The notes beneath the pieces are model-generated. The model ran no database searches. It saw only the letters and a list, made by a program, of their open reading frames with translations, and was not told where the DNA came from. From an uncultured bacterium (GTDB taxonomy: Bacteria > Planctomycetota > UBA1135 > GCA-002686595): DNA of 64,000 nucleotides. Made by a program: the position numbers and the translations under genes. Location: assembly GCA_943787795.1 (NCBI GenBank), contig CALSNU010000002.1:160001-224000 (forward strand), read 5' to 3'. Of this stretch, positions 39,784 to 48,026 are shown piece after piece; the first letter of the stretch is position 1, and each line of letters begins with the position of its first letter.

Positions 39784-41724
39784 TCAGTTGAAGGTGACCG
39801 AGAGACCGTTGGTGAAGTTGGAGACCGCGCCGGCGGTGCCGACGTCCCGGTACCAGGCCTGGAAGTTCCAGCTCTCGCCGGCCACCGCGGACACGAAGCC
39901 CGTGGGCTGGGGGATCTGATTCAGGTCCAGGGCCAGGGAAATGATCCCGTTGGAACCGGCGTTCTGAATCTGACCCGGGCCCACGTACCGCCCGATGCTC
40001 CCGAGCAGCAGAAGGTTGCCCTCGGAGCCGCCCGGGTTCGGGACGAAGCTCTGCGTCTGGCTGGTGAGGAAGAACGCCGCCGAGCTCTGCGGGAGGCTCT
40101 GGGCGTGGATCGTCACGTCATTGTCCGAGGCCGTCAGTGAACCGGAGGCCGACATGCGCGCCACCGACCCAGTGGAGTTCGCGTTGGCCTCGCCGAAGCC
40201 CTCACCGATGCAGTCGCCGCCGGTGAAGCCGAAGGCGTTGGCCGCCGACCATCCGCAGAGCCAGTTGTTGGCCGTATCCGGCGAGAAGGCCCCACGGTAG
40301 GGCGCGAACTCATAGAACCCATCGGCGGGCGCCGAGGCGGTGGTGCTCGCCGCGTCGTTGATCGGCGTCGGATCGAGGCTCACCACGGGGATCATGATCT
40401 TCCCGCCGCGGCTCACCGGCGTGGAGCGGGTGATGCTGGCGATGGGCGAGCTGCTGGCGAGGACGTTGCTGTTGGTCGGCGCGAAGACGCCGCGGGCGTT
40501 GGCCTCGTCGTAGGCGTTCCCCGCGAGGTTACGGAAGAAGACCGTGTCCGTGATCTCGATCAGCTTGCCGCTGGGGTCCTGCGACCGGTAGAAGTCTGCG
40601 GGGTCGACGGGCGCATTGATGGTCGAGAACGTGCTCGCGGGGGTGTTCCAGCGGTCCTCGAAGGAGAGCGTCCCTCCAGCGCCATAGCCCGACGCGCCGT
40701 CACCGTCGTCGCCGTCCGCCCGGACGACCTTCTCGCCGCAGTCCATGATGATGGAGTTGCGGATCTGCACGTTAGCGTTGTCCCGCCAGGCGGTGGCGCC
40801 GTCGCCGTCTACCGGCTGACCGATGACGGTCATGTTGTAGAGCGAGGCAGTGGTGACGGGCTGATAGAAGGAGTCCTCGGCGCCGTCCATCTCGATGCAG
40901 TTGTCGCCGACACCGGAGCCCTGGTTGGCGTTGAGGCTGTAGCCCTGGACGATGAGGCCGAACTGGGCCTTGCCGCGCCAGCCCTGGTCGATGTCGAGGC
41001 TGTCGTCGCCGATGTTCCAGATGCTGAAGTGCTTCAGGTTGACCGTGCCGCCCCAGATCTCGATGCCGTCGTCGACGTTGTTCATGATCTCGACGAAGTC
41101 GATGTCCGTGCCGCGTCCAATGCCGCCAAGGGAGAGGCCGTTGAGCTCGTTGTTGAGACCGATGACCCTGCCGCCGTAGCGAAGAGAGACGTAGTTCAGC
41201 GTGCCCGAGTCGTCGTCGTCGTTGCCGCCGCCGTACTGGGCGATCGTGCTGCCAGCCGGAGGCTGGAGGCCCTCCATGTTCCCGTAGTTCGAGCCCTTGG
41301 GCTCAGGCGAGTTCGAGGGGATCGCGTTCTCGGAGATGTAGGCGTCACCCATGATGGTGATGTTGCCCCACTCGTTGGCGGACTCACGCCAGGTGCCGGT
41401 CTTGGGGTCACCGCCGACCCACGTCGCGACGTCGGCCTTGGAGGTGAAGATGACGGGGTTGCCCGACTCGCCGAGGACGAAGAGCTGCGCGCCCTTCGCC
41501 ACCGCGAGCGAGCCGCCGACCCCGGTGTCGCTGGCGATCACCGTGCCAGCCTGAATGGTCAACGTGGCGCCGGGCTCCACGTAGACCTGGGTCTGGATGT
41601 TGTACGTGTTGTTGGCGGTCCAGGTCGTCGAGGTCGTGATGTTGGACGCGACGATGATCTCCGCAGCGCTCGACGAGGAGGCCGCAAGCGCGCCAAGAGC
41701 CAGGGTCGAAAGAGCTTTCTTCAC
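39784..41724 (-). CDS. Secreted beta-helix-like, TBDR-associated protein with shared C-terminal domain (copy C)
   Basis: GTG start VKKALSTLALGALAA; TWTANNTY, LTIQAGT, GGGNDDDDSGTLNYVSLRYGG, NELNGLSLGGIG, DDGIEIWGGTVN; C-terminal NSTG...WNFQAWYRD...SNFTN. Confidence 0.88.
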   Translation of the reverse strand: MKKALSTLALGALAASSSSAAEIIVASNITTSTTWTANNTYNIQTQVYVEPGATLTIQAGTVIASDTGVGGSLAVAKGAQLFVLGESGNPVIFTSKADVATWVGGDPKTGTWRESANEWGNITIMGDAYISENAIPSNSPEPKGSNYGNMEGLQPPAGSTIAQYGGGNDDDDSGTLNYVSLRYGGRVIGLNNELNGLSLGGIGRGTDIDFVEIMNNVDDGIEIWGGTVNLKHFSIWNIGDDSLDIDQGWRGKAQFGLIVQGYSLNANQGSGVGDNCIEMDGAEDSFYQPVTTASLYNMTVIGQPVDGDGATAWRDNANVQIRNSIIMDCGEKVVRADGDDGDGASGYGAGGTLSFEDRWNTPASTFSTINAPVDPADFYRSQDPSGKLIEITDTVFFRNLAGNAYDEANARGVFAPTNSNVLASSSPIASITRSTPVSRGGKIMIPVVSLDPTPINDAASTTASAPADGFYEFAPYRGAFSPDTANNWLCGWSAANAFGFTGGDCIGEGFGEANANSTGSVARMSASGSLTASDNDVTIHAQSLPQSSAAFFLTSQTQSFVPNPGGSEGNLLLLGSIGRYVGPGQIQNAGSNGIISLALDLNQIPQPTGFVSAVAGESWNFQAWYRDVGTAGAVSNFTNGLSVTFN

Positions 41725-41931
41725 AGCGATAGTTGGGTTGGTTTTTTTTGGCCGTTCGGAAGCGTTCGGCCGGGGGGGTATGTCGGTTCGACGCGAGGAA
41801 TCTACGGCGGCCCCGGGCGGCAAGCCTCAAGCCGGTGTGAAGCGTCCTAGAAGCGCTTGTTAGCCGATCGAAACCGGCCTTGCTGGCCACTTACGGGCCG
41901 TTTCTCGCTCTCCTGGCTGTCCCGATGATCC

Positions 41932-41976
41932 AAAAAAAAGCCGCGCGCCAGGCCCAGAACGGGCGCGGCGCACGGC
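41932..41976 (-). terminator. Rho-independent terminator after the TonB operon
   Basis: GC hairpin followed by T8 on the minus strand, just past the 41999 stop. Confidence 0.75.
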
Positions 41977-41998
41977 GTCTCCCCTGAACCCCTGGCGG

Positions 41999-43597
41999 TC
42001 AGCGCGCGCTCTGGCGGGCCGCCTTCTCCACGAGCTCGAGGAACCGCGCCACCTTCTCGTCGCTCTCGTATTGCAGCGACGCCTTCAGCAGCGGAATGGC
42101 CTCCGCGTAGCGCTTGCGGCTGACCAACAGCTCCCCGTGGAGCTTGGTGGCCTTGGCCTCGAAGCCAGTGATCTGCGCGGCCGTCCCATAGCGCAAGAGG
42201 GCCTCTTCGAGGCGCTCCGCATCGGCCAGAGCCTGGGCGAGGAGGATCAGCGCGTCGCCGTCCATGGGGTTCTCCGCCACGATCTGCCCGAGGGTCTCGA
42301 TGTTGGTGGCGAGGTCGCCCTCACGGACCGAGACCTTGATCTTCGCCATGCGCAGGCGATAGCGCTCCTGGTCGGAGAGGCCGTCCGCGCGGAGGCGCTC
42401 GATGCCCTCCATGAGCTCCTTGGCCGGCCCCAGCTCACCGCGCCGGATCATCTTCTCCAGCGACGTGATGGCTCGACCGGGGCTGGCGGAGGCGAACCCG
42501 TCGAGGGCTTGCAGGTAGTGCTCGACCGCGAGCTCCACCTGGCCCTGGTTGCTGTAGATGTCCGCGAGCAGGTTCAGCACGCCCTCATCCGCCTCACCCA
42601 GGCGCGTCATGATGGCGAAGCACTCCGCGGCCTTCTCGAAGTCCTGGAGACCAGACTGACACCGGCCCATCTTGCGCCAGTGCAGCGCGTTGCCCGGATC
42701 GTTCTCCGCGGCACCGGCGAAGATCCGGTAGGCCTCGGTCCAGCGCTCCTGACCCATCAGCGAGTCGCCGAGCGCGAGGCGCCACTGTAGCCCCTCGTCC
42801 GCCAGCATCATCGCCGAGCGGAAGGCGGTCTCCGCGCCCTCGAAGTCTCCGGCGCGCAGCAGGCAGCCCCCGAGCAGCCCGTAGGTGAGGCTGTCCACCC
42901 GGCCGAGCATGACGCTCTGCTTGAGCGCGCTGGCCGCCTTGTCCCACTGCTCGAGGTCGTAGTGGCAGAGGGCCAGGTTGAACCAGGCCCGCTGGAACCG
43001 CGGGTAGCCCTCGAACTCGTCGAGAGCGCGCTCGAAGGCGGCGATGGCCTGCTCGTGCCGGACCGGGTCCGCCTGATAGTGAACCTGTCCCTCCAGGAAC
43101 GGGAGCAGCGCCGAGGAGACCTTGGTCGTCTTCCTGGCGATCAGCTGGAGGGCCTTCTCCTCCTCTCCAGCCCCGATGAGCTCGATCACCTTCTGGAGGT
43201 CCTTGACATCCTCGGGGTCCACGGGCGGCTCGATGTCAGTGACCGCGAGCAGGCCGGTTGTGAACCGGCGCTGGAACGCTGTCGACGAGATGTACCCCTC
43301 CGCGATGGGCCGGTAGCGGTCGGCTCCGCTCGACGCGACCGAGGCCGTGGGCACGTCCAAGACGACCGCCTCTCCGTCCGCCTCGCCGTCCGCCGCAGGG
43401 GACTCGTCCCCCTCCTCGGCGAGGGTCGCTGAGGCCACAGCCGGGACGGCCGCGCTGACCGCGGCCGCGATGCCGAAGCGGTCGCTGGACGGGTTCGTCG
43501 GGGCCTCCGGCGCCACCGGAGCGCTGCTCGCGCAGCCGGCTGCGGCGAAGATCGCGGGAACGAAGAGGGTGAGAACGAGGCGGTTCGTGGTCGTCAT
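41999..43597 (-). CDS. TPR lipoprotein (TtpD-like position)
   Basis: AAGC lipobox; multiple TPRs (AWFNLALCHY, YGLLGGCLL). Confidence 0.85.
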   Translation of the reverse strand: MTTTNRLVLTLFVPAIFAAAGCASSAPVAPEAPTNPSSDRFGIAAAVSAAVPAVASATLAEEGDESPAADGEADGEAVVLDVPTASVASSGADRYRPIAEGYISSTAFQRRFTTGLLAVTDIEPPVDPEDVKDLQKVIELIGAGEEEKALQLIARKTTKVSSALLPFLEGQVHYQADPVRHEQAIAAFERALDEFEGYPRFQRAWFNLALCHYDLEQWDKAASALKQSVMLGRVDSLTYGLLGGCLLRAGDFEGAETAFRSAMMLADEGLQWRLALGDSLMGQERWTEAYRIFAGAAENDPGNALHWRKMGRCQSGLQDFEKAAECFAIMTRLGEADEGVLNLLADIYSNQGQVELAVEHYLQALDGFASASPGRAITSLEKMIRRGELGPAKELMEGIERLRADGLSDQERYRLRMAKIKVSVREGDLATNIETLGQIVAENPMDGDALILLAQALADAERLEEALLRYGTAAQITGFEAKATKLHGELLVSRKRYAEAIPLLKASLQYESDEKVARFLELVEKAARQSAR

Positions 43598-44280
43598 GAG
43601 TTCTTCATGTCCGGAATTTCGAAGGGGCAGCTGACCTTGTACTCCACCGGCACACCCTTCACGGTGCCCGGGAAGAACCGCCAGCCCTTGACGGTTCGCA
43701 GCACGGCGCTCTTGAGGCCGGGGCTGTTGATCTTCTTGACGCGCGGGTTCACCACCCGTCCGTTCTTGTCCACCTTGAAGATCACCACCGCGAGGGCCGG
43801 GGTGAGCTTCTTCTCCGCGGGGGACAGCTTCGCGGAGTCCTGCCGCTTCGGCTGCGGCCTCTGGTCGAGCTCGCTCGCGTCAAACAGCTGGTCGAGCCCG
43901 CCCCCCCCGCCGAGGGCCTTGGAGAGGTCGATGCTGAAGTCGCCGGCCACGGCGCCGAAGCCGGTGGCCGCGTTGGCCGCCGCCTCGAGCTGGGAGAGCG
44001 TCAGCTCCTCCACGGCGTCCTGCTCGAGCTCCGGAGGGGGCTCCTCTGGCTCCTCGGGCTCTTCTGGCTCAGGCTCCGGCTCATCCAGTACGTCCTGGGG
44101 AGGCTTCTCGGCCAGCGTATTGGCCGACCGGATGTCGGTGTCCGGGCGCTCGCCGCCCGCGATCTCGTTGATGACCGAAAGGGCGAAGAACAGCAGCACC
44201 GTCGACGCCAGGGCGCAGATCGCCACGAGCGTACGCTGGAGGGCGGCCTTCGCCGCCGCAAGTGCCTTGCGGTTCCCCAT
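43594..44280 (-). CDS. tonB: Energy transducer TonB
   Basis: N-terminal TM, EPEPEP spacer, FKVDKNGRVVNPRV...WRFFPG...GVPV. Confidence 0.85.
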   Translation of the reverse strand: MGNRKALAAAKAALQRTLVAICALASTVLLFFALSVINEIAGGERPDTDIRSANTLAEKPPQDVLDEPEPEPEEPEEPEEPPPELEQDAVEELTLSQLEAAANAATGFGAVAGDFSIDLSKALGGGGGLDQLFDASELDQRPQPKRQDSAKLSPAEKKLTPALAVVIFKVDKNGRVVNPRVKKINSPGLKSAVLRTVKGWRFFPGTVKGVPVEYKVSCPFEIPDMKNS

Positions 44281-44288
44281 GGGATCGT

Positions 44289-44708
44289 TCAGGCGCCCCC
44301 TTTGGTCGTCGCGATGTTCACGGTGACATTGTCGCCTGCCCGCTCGGCCTCGTCGATGACCCTGACCATCAGCCCCGCGCTCGCCTTGCGATCCGCCTGG
44401 ATGATGACGGGCATGGTGCTGTCCTCCTTGAGCTTGCGCTTGACCGTGGCCTGAACGCGGTTGACCCCGATGTTCTCCTTGTCGAAGACCACCTCACCGC
44501 TCTCGGTCACGGCGATCAGGATGCTGTTGCTCGGCAGGTCCTTGGACGAGGCAGCCTGCGGCTTGTCCACCTCGACGCCGGTCTCCTCCACGAAGACGGT
44601 CGTGACGATGAAGAAGATGAGGAGAATGAAGACACAGTCAATCAGCGGCGACATGTCGATCGTCGTCTCGGCCTCGTCGTCGCTTCCGGCGTCCTTGAAT
44701 CGTCCCAT
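44289..44708 (-). CDS. exbD: Biopolymer transport protein ExbD
   Basis: IDMSPLIDCVFILLIFFIVTT, VIIQAD, VRVIDEA. Confidence 0.95.
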   Translation of the reverse strand: MGRFKDAGSDDEAETTIDMSPLIDCVFILLIFFIVTTVFVEETGVEVDKPQAASSKDLPSNSILIAVTESGEVVFDKENIGVNRVQATVKRKLKEDSTMPVIIQADRKASAGLMVRVIDEAERAGDNVTVNIATTKGGA

Positions 44709-44759
44709 GGTGGTTTTGGTAGTGGCTCGGCGGGGTGCTCATTGCAGCCCGCCGATGGT

Positions 44760-45527
44760 TCAGGGCGTGGTCGATGCGGCCGCGGCGGCCAGGCGCTCGC
44801 GGAGCCGCCCGGCGACCTCGCCGCGGGCAGACGCGCGCACGATCTCGCGGACCACGCGCTCGTGGTCCTCGAGCGACTTCTGGTGCCAGACCGTCTCGGC
44901 GTGGGTGAGGAAGTCCTTGTAGCGGCCAAACTTCCTCGAGAGGTAGTAGTGGAAGAAGAGGCCGGGCAGCGCGACCACGAGCCCCGTCTCCGTGGTGTAG
45001 AGCGCCTCGGAGATGCCCTCGGCGATCATGGCCATCGTCTTGTCCCCGCCGCTCCCCGCCGCCAGGGCCTTGAAGGTGGAGAGCATGCCGGTGACGGTCC
45101 CGAGCAGACCGACCAGGGGCGCCGCCCCCACGGCGATGTTCATGAGCCGGAGGTCGCGGATGAAGGGCTCGACCTCATGGGTCCTGAGCTCGTCGAACGC
45201 CGCGCTGGCGTCGACCTTGTCGGCCGCGGTCAGGCGCTCGACCTCGTCGAAGACCTCTCCGACCGCTCCCCGGCGGCCCTCCGGCTCGTGGATCCAGCGC
45301 CGCCAGGTCGCCTCGCTGATCCCGCGGAAGCCCTTGGAGCGGAGTCGGATCAGGACGCCGAAACCCAGGGCGAAGATGAACAGGGCGATCGCGGCGAGGA
45401 CGATCATGGCCCAGCCGCCCGAGAGCCAGATGTACAGGCTCGACTCCAGGGTCGACTCGGAGTCGATCCTGGCGGCGCGGGCGGCCTCCTGCAGCCGCAG
45501 GAGGAGGTTCTGGATGTGCTGGACCAC
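44760..45527 (-). CDS. exbB: MotA/TolQ/ExbB proton channel
   Basis: AAPLVGLLGTVTGM, GISEALYTTETGLVVALP. Confidence 0.9.
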   Translation of the reverse strand: MVQHIQNLLLRLQEAARAARIDSESTLESSLYIWLSGGWAMIVLAAIALFIFALGFGVLIRLRSKGFRGISEATWRRWIHEPEGRRGAVGEVFDEVERLTAADKVDASAAFDELRTHEVEPFIRDLRLMNIAVGAAPLVGLLGTVTGMLSTFKALAAGSGGDKTMAMIAEGISEALYTTETGLVVALPGLFFHYYLSRKFGRYKDFLTHAETVWHQKSLEDHERVVREIVRASARGEVAGRLRERLAAAAASTTP

Positions 45528-45541
45528 CTCGGTTGTGCTCC

Positions 45542-47158
45542 TCAGGAGGCGAGCTCGGGCGCGGCGGGGTCGGTCGACGGGGCCACGTCATCCTCGGGTT
45601 CGGCAGCCGCGCTGGTCGCGGGCTCCTGCACGGGGCCGAGCATGTCACTGAGGACACGGGTCACCTCACCGCGAATCGCGTCCGGCGTCGCCGGCCCGCC
45701 GCGGTCGCCCGTGGCAGCCGCAGCTGGCCCGAACTCGTCGGACATGGCGACCTCGTTGGCGAAGCGCACCGCCGCCGACTCCATCTTCGTGGTGATCGAG
45801 CGCGCCTTGCGGGAGAGGTAGGCGTGCAGCAGCAGCGAGGGGATCGCGACGACCAGGCCGAACTTCGTCGTGATCAGCGCCTCGGAGATGCCCCCCGAGA
45901 GCTGCTTCACGTCGCCGGACCCGAAGAGCGTGATCTGCTTGAAGGTGTTGATGATGCCCGTGACCGTGCCGAGGAGGCCGAGCAGGGGCGCCGACGCCGC
46001 GCAGATCGCGATGAACGGCAGCGCGGCCTGCAGCTTGGTCTTGGTGATCAGGAGGCGCTCGTACATCACCTCCTCGATCAGGTCCCGGGACCGACCGAGG
46101 CTCGCGACACCCGCCGTGAGCATCTTGCCTGCGGGCCCGCGGAGCTCCTTCACCCGGCGCTGGGCGCTCTCCGCGTCGCCGTCCGCCACGGCGGACATGA
46201 GCGCGTTCATGGCCTTGCGACTTGGCGTCCGCACGAAGAGCAGCGTCAGCCACTTGATCACCGCGACGAGCGCCGCGAGGGCCGCCATGCCGAGGATCGG
46301 ATAGATGATGACGCCGCCCTTCTGGACGTGCTCGAGCAGCGTCTCGCGGGTGGCCTCCATCTTGTACGCGTTCCCGAGCGTGGCGTCGAAGGGGGCCATC
46401 CCGGCGCCCTTGGCCACCAGCTCCGCTGCGGCCTCCAGGTCCCCAGGCTCTGCGAACCCGCGGACGGTCGGCTCAAGGGAGCTGGCCGGGGCGCTCACCG
46501 TGCCGACGGCGAGGCCGTCCTCGGAGGCGAAGTAGGCCGTCGGCCCGAGGAGGACGAAGGTGCCGTCCTTGACGAACCCGGCGCCGTCGATGGCCTGCCC
46601 CTGCATCCGGAGGCCGCCGGCCATGTCGGTGAGGCGCTTGAAGGAGGCGTCGAGCACCCGCAGCTGCTCCGCGAAGACCTCGGCACCGCTGAGGTCCGAG
46701 GACTCCTCGGCGGCCGTGATCTCGCGCAGGAGATCCTCGTACGCCGCGAGCTCGGAGATGTGCAGCCGCGACTCGAAGTTGCGGCGGTACTCGGCGAACT
46801 GGGCGCCCAGGAAGGCGACCGCCTGCTTGCGCGCCGCGATCGAGTTACCGAGCCGGGCGAGGGCCTTGGCGCCCGCGTTCTTGTCGTTCCGCAGGGCCTG
46901 CCGCTCGGCCTCCGCGTCCAGGAGTTGGCGCTGGAGCTCGGAGACCTGCCGGCTGAGGGGGAGCTTCTCGTCGAGCGCGCGCTGGCGCAGGGCCTCGAGC
47001 TCTGCTTGCGCTGCGTCCAGGTCCTTGAGCACCCCGGCCGCGACCTCGTCGAATCGAACGTCTCGGTCCGGAGCCTCCTGGGCCTGGGCGGGAGATGAGG
47101 GCGGGGTGACCGCGACCAGGGCGCCGACGGCGACCCACTTGTTGATGTGGTGGAGCAT
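45542..47158 (-). CDS. TtpC-like long ExbB with periplasmic coiled coil
   Basis: Signal peptide, coiled coil, APLLGLLGTVTGII, GGISEALITTKFGLVVAIP. Confidence 0.88.
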   Translation of the reverse strand: MLHHINKWVAVGALVAVTPPSSPAQAQEAPDRDVRFDEVAAGVLKDLDAAQAELEALRQRALDEKLPLSRQVSELQRQLLDAEAERQALRNDKNAGAKALARLGNSIAARKQAVAFLGAQFAEYRRNFESRLHISELAAYEDLLREITAAEESSDLSGAEVFAEQLRVLDASFKRLTDMAGGLRMQGQAIDGAGFVKDGTFVLLGPTAYFASEDGLAVGTVSAPASSLEPTVRGFAEPGDLEAAAELVAKGAGMAPFDATLGNAYKMEATRETLLEHVQKGGVIIYPILGMAALAALVAVIKWLTLLFVRTPSRKAMNALMSAVADGDAESAQRRVKELRGPAGKMLTAGVASLGRSRDLIEEVMYERLLITKTKLQAALPFIAICAASAPLLGLLGTVTGIINTFKQITLFGSGDVKQLSGGISEALITTKFGLVVAIPSLLLHAYLSRKARSITTKMESAAVRFANEVAMSDEFGPAAAATGDRGGPATPDAIRGEVTRVLSDMLGPVQEPATSAAAEPEDDVAPSTDPAAPELAS

Positions 47159-47172
47159 GGCTGGGTCTCGCC

Positions 47173-47991
47173 TCAGTCGACCTTCACGGGGAGCTGGACG
47201 AAGGCGGCGGCGGTGTCGCCCTCCTTCATGGCAATGGCCGCCTGAATGGCCGGCGCCGCGGCGTCGTCCTGACGCCAGACGTACCCCTCGGGGCCCGGAC
47301 GCCCGGTGCCCCCGATGGTCCCGTCCTGGTTGACGTAAAAGGCAGCCGAGACGCCGAGGTACAGGACGTCGACGTTGACCGATTCGCCGTTCCCGAGCTC
47401 GCGGTTCTCGTTCGCCACGTGCACGTCCGCGTTGAACTTGTCCGCGGCGTCGAGGATCCCGGTCACGTTGACGAAGCGGCTGGAGAGGCTGAGCTTGGTC
47501 TCTGCTGGGTCCTTTGGGAGGCCCGAGACGAGCGCCGAGAAGACGTCGTTCTCACGGAGCGGCGCCGGCATCAGCGTCACCAGCCCCGCCGCGCGCTCCT
47601 CGAGGTCCCCGATCACTGCCTCGAGGGAGGCGGTCGCTGCCTTGAGCTCCCCCTCCTCGGCCTCGAGCTCGGAGGTACGCGCCGACGTGTCGTCAATCTC
47701 CCCCTTCAGAGCGTCGACGGCTGCGCGCTCCATCGCCACCTGCTCGGTGAGGATCGCGATCTGGTCGGCGAGGAACTCCTTGTCCTCCGCGAGCCGCGCC
47801 TTCTCCTTGCCGATCGCGCCCCGGAGGGTGACGTACTTCTCCATGGCCGCCCGGGTGAGCTCGACCTTCGAGTCCTGGGGCTCCTGCACCTGGGGTTGGG
47901 CCACGAGGGAGCTCGCGAGGAGCGCCGTCGCGCCGGCAAGGACCAGGGCGCCGAGGGCCCGCGGGGTGTGGTTCTGTCTGATTCGGTTCAT
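47173..47991 (-). CDS. DUF3450 (TtpB-like) coiled-coil protein
   Basis: Signal peptide, coiled coil, VDVLYLGVS, FVQLPV; canonical position before the TtpC-like gene. Confidence 0.8.
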   Translation of the reverse strand: MNRIRQNHTPRALGALVLAGATALLASSLVAQPQVQEPQDSKVELTRAAMEKYVTLRGAIGKEKARLAEDKEFLADQIAILTEQVAMERAAVDALKGEIDDTSARTSELEAEEGELKAATASLEAVIGDLEERAAGLVTLMPAPLRENDVFSALVSGLPKDPAETKLSLSSRFVNVTGILDAADKFNADVHVANENRELGNGESVNVDVLYLGVSAAFYVNQDGTIGGTGRPGPEGYVWRQDDAAAPAIQAAIAMKEGDTAAAFVQLPVKVD

Positions 47992-48026
47992 CGCACATGT
48001 CCGCCGTCCAGGCGGTTCGACTGCAT

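Noticed and set aside
41829..41864. 11-bp periodic TTCACA/TTCTAG/CTAACA repeats resembling a Pho box upstream of copy C
   Set aside because: Too degenerate to support without a lineage-specific matrix
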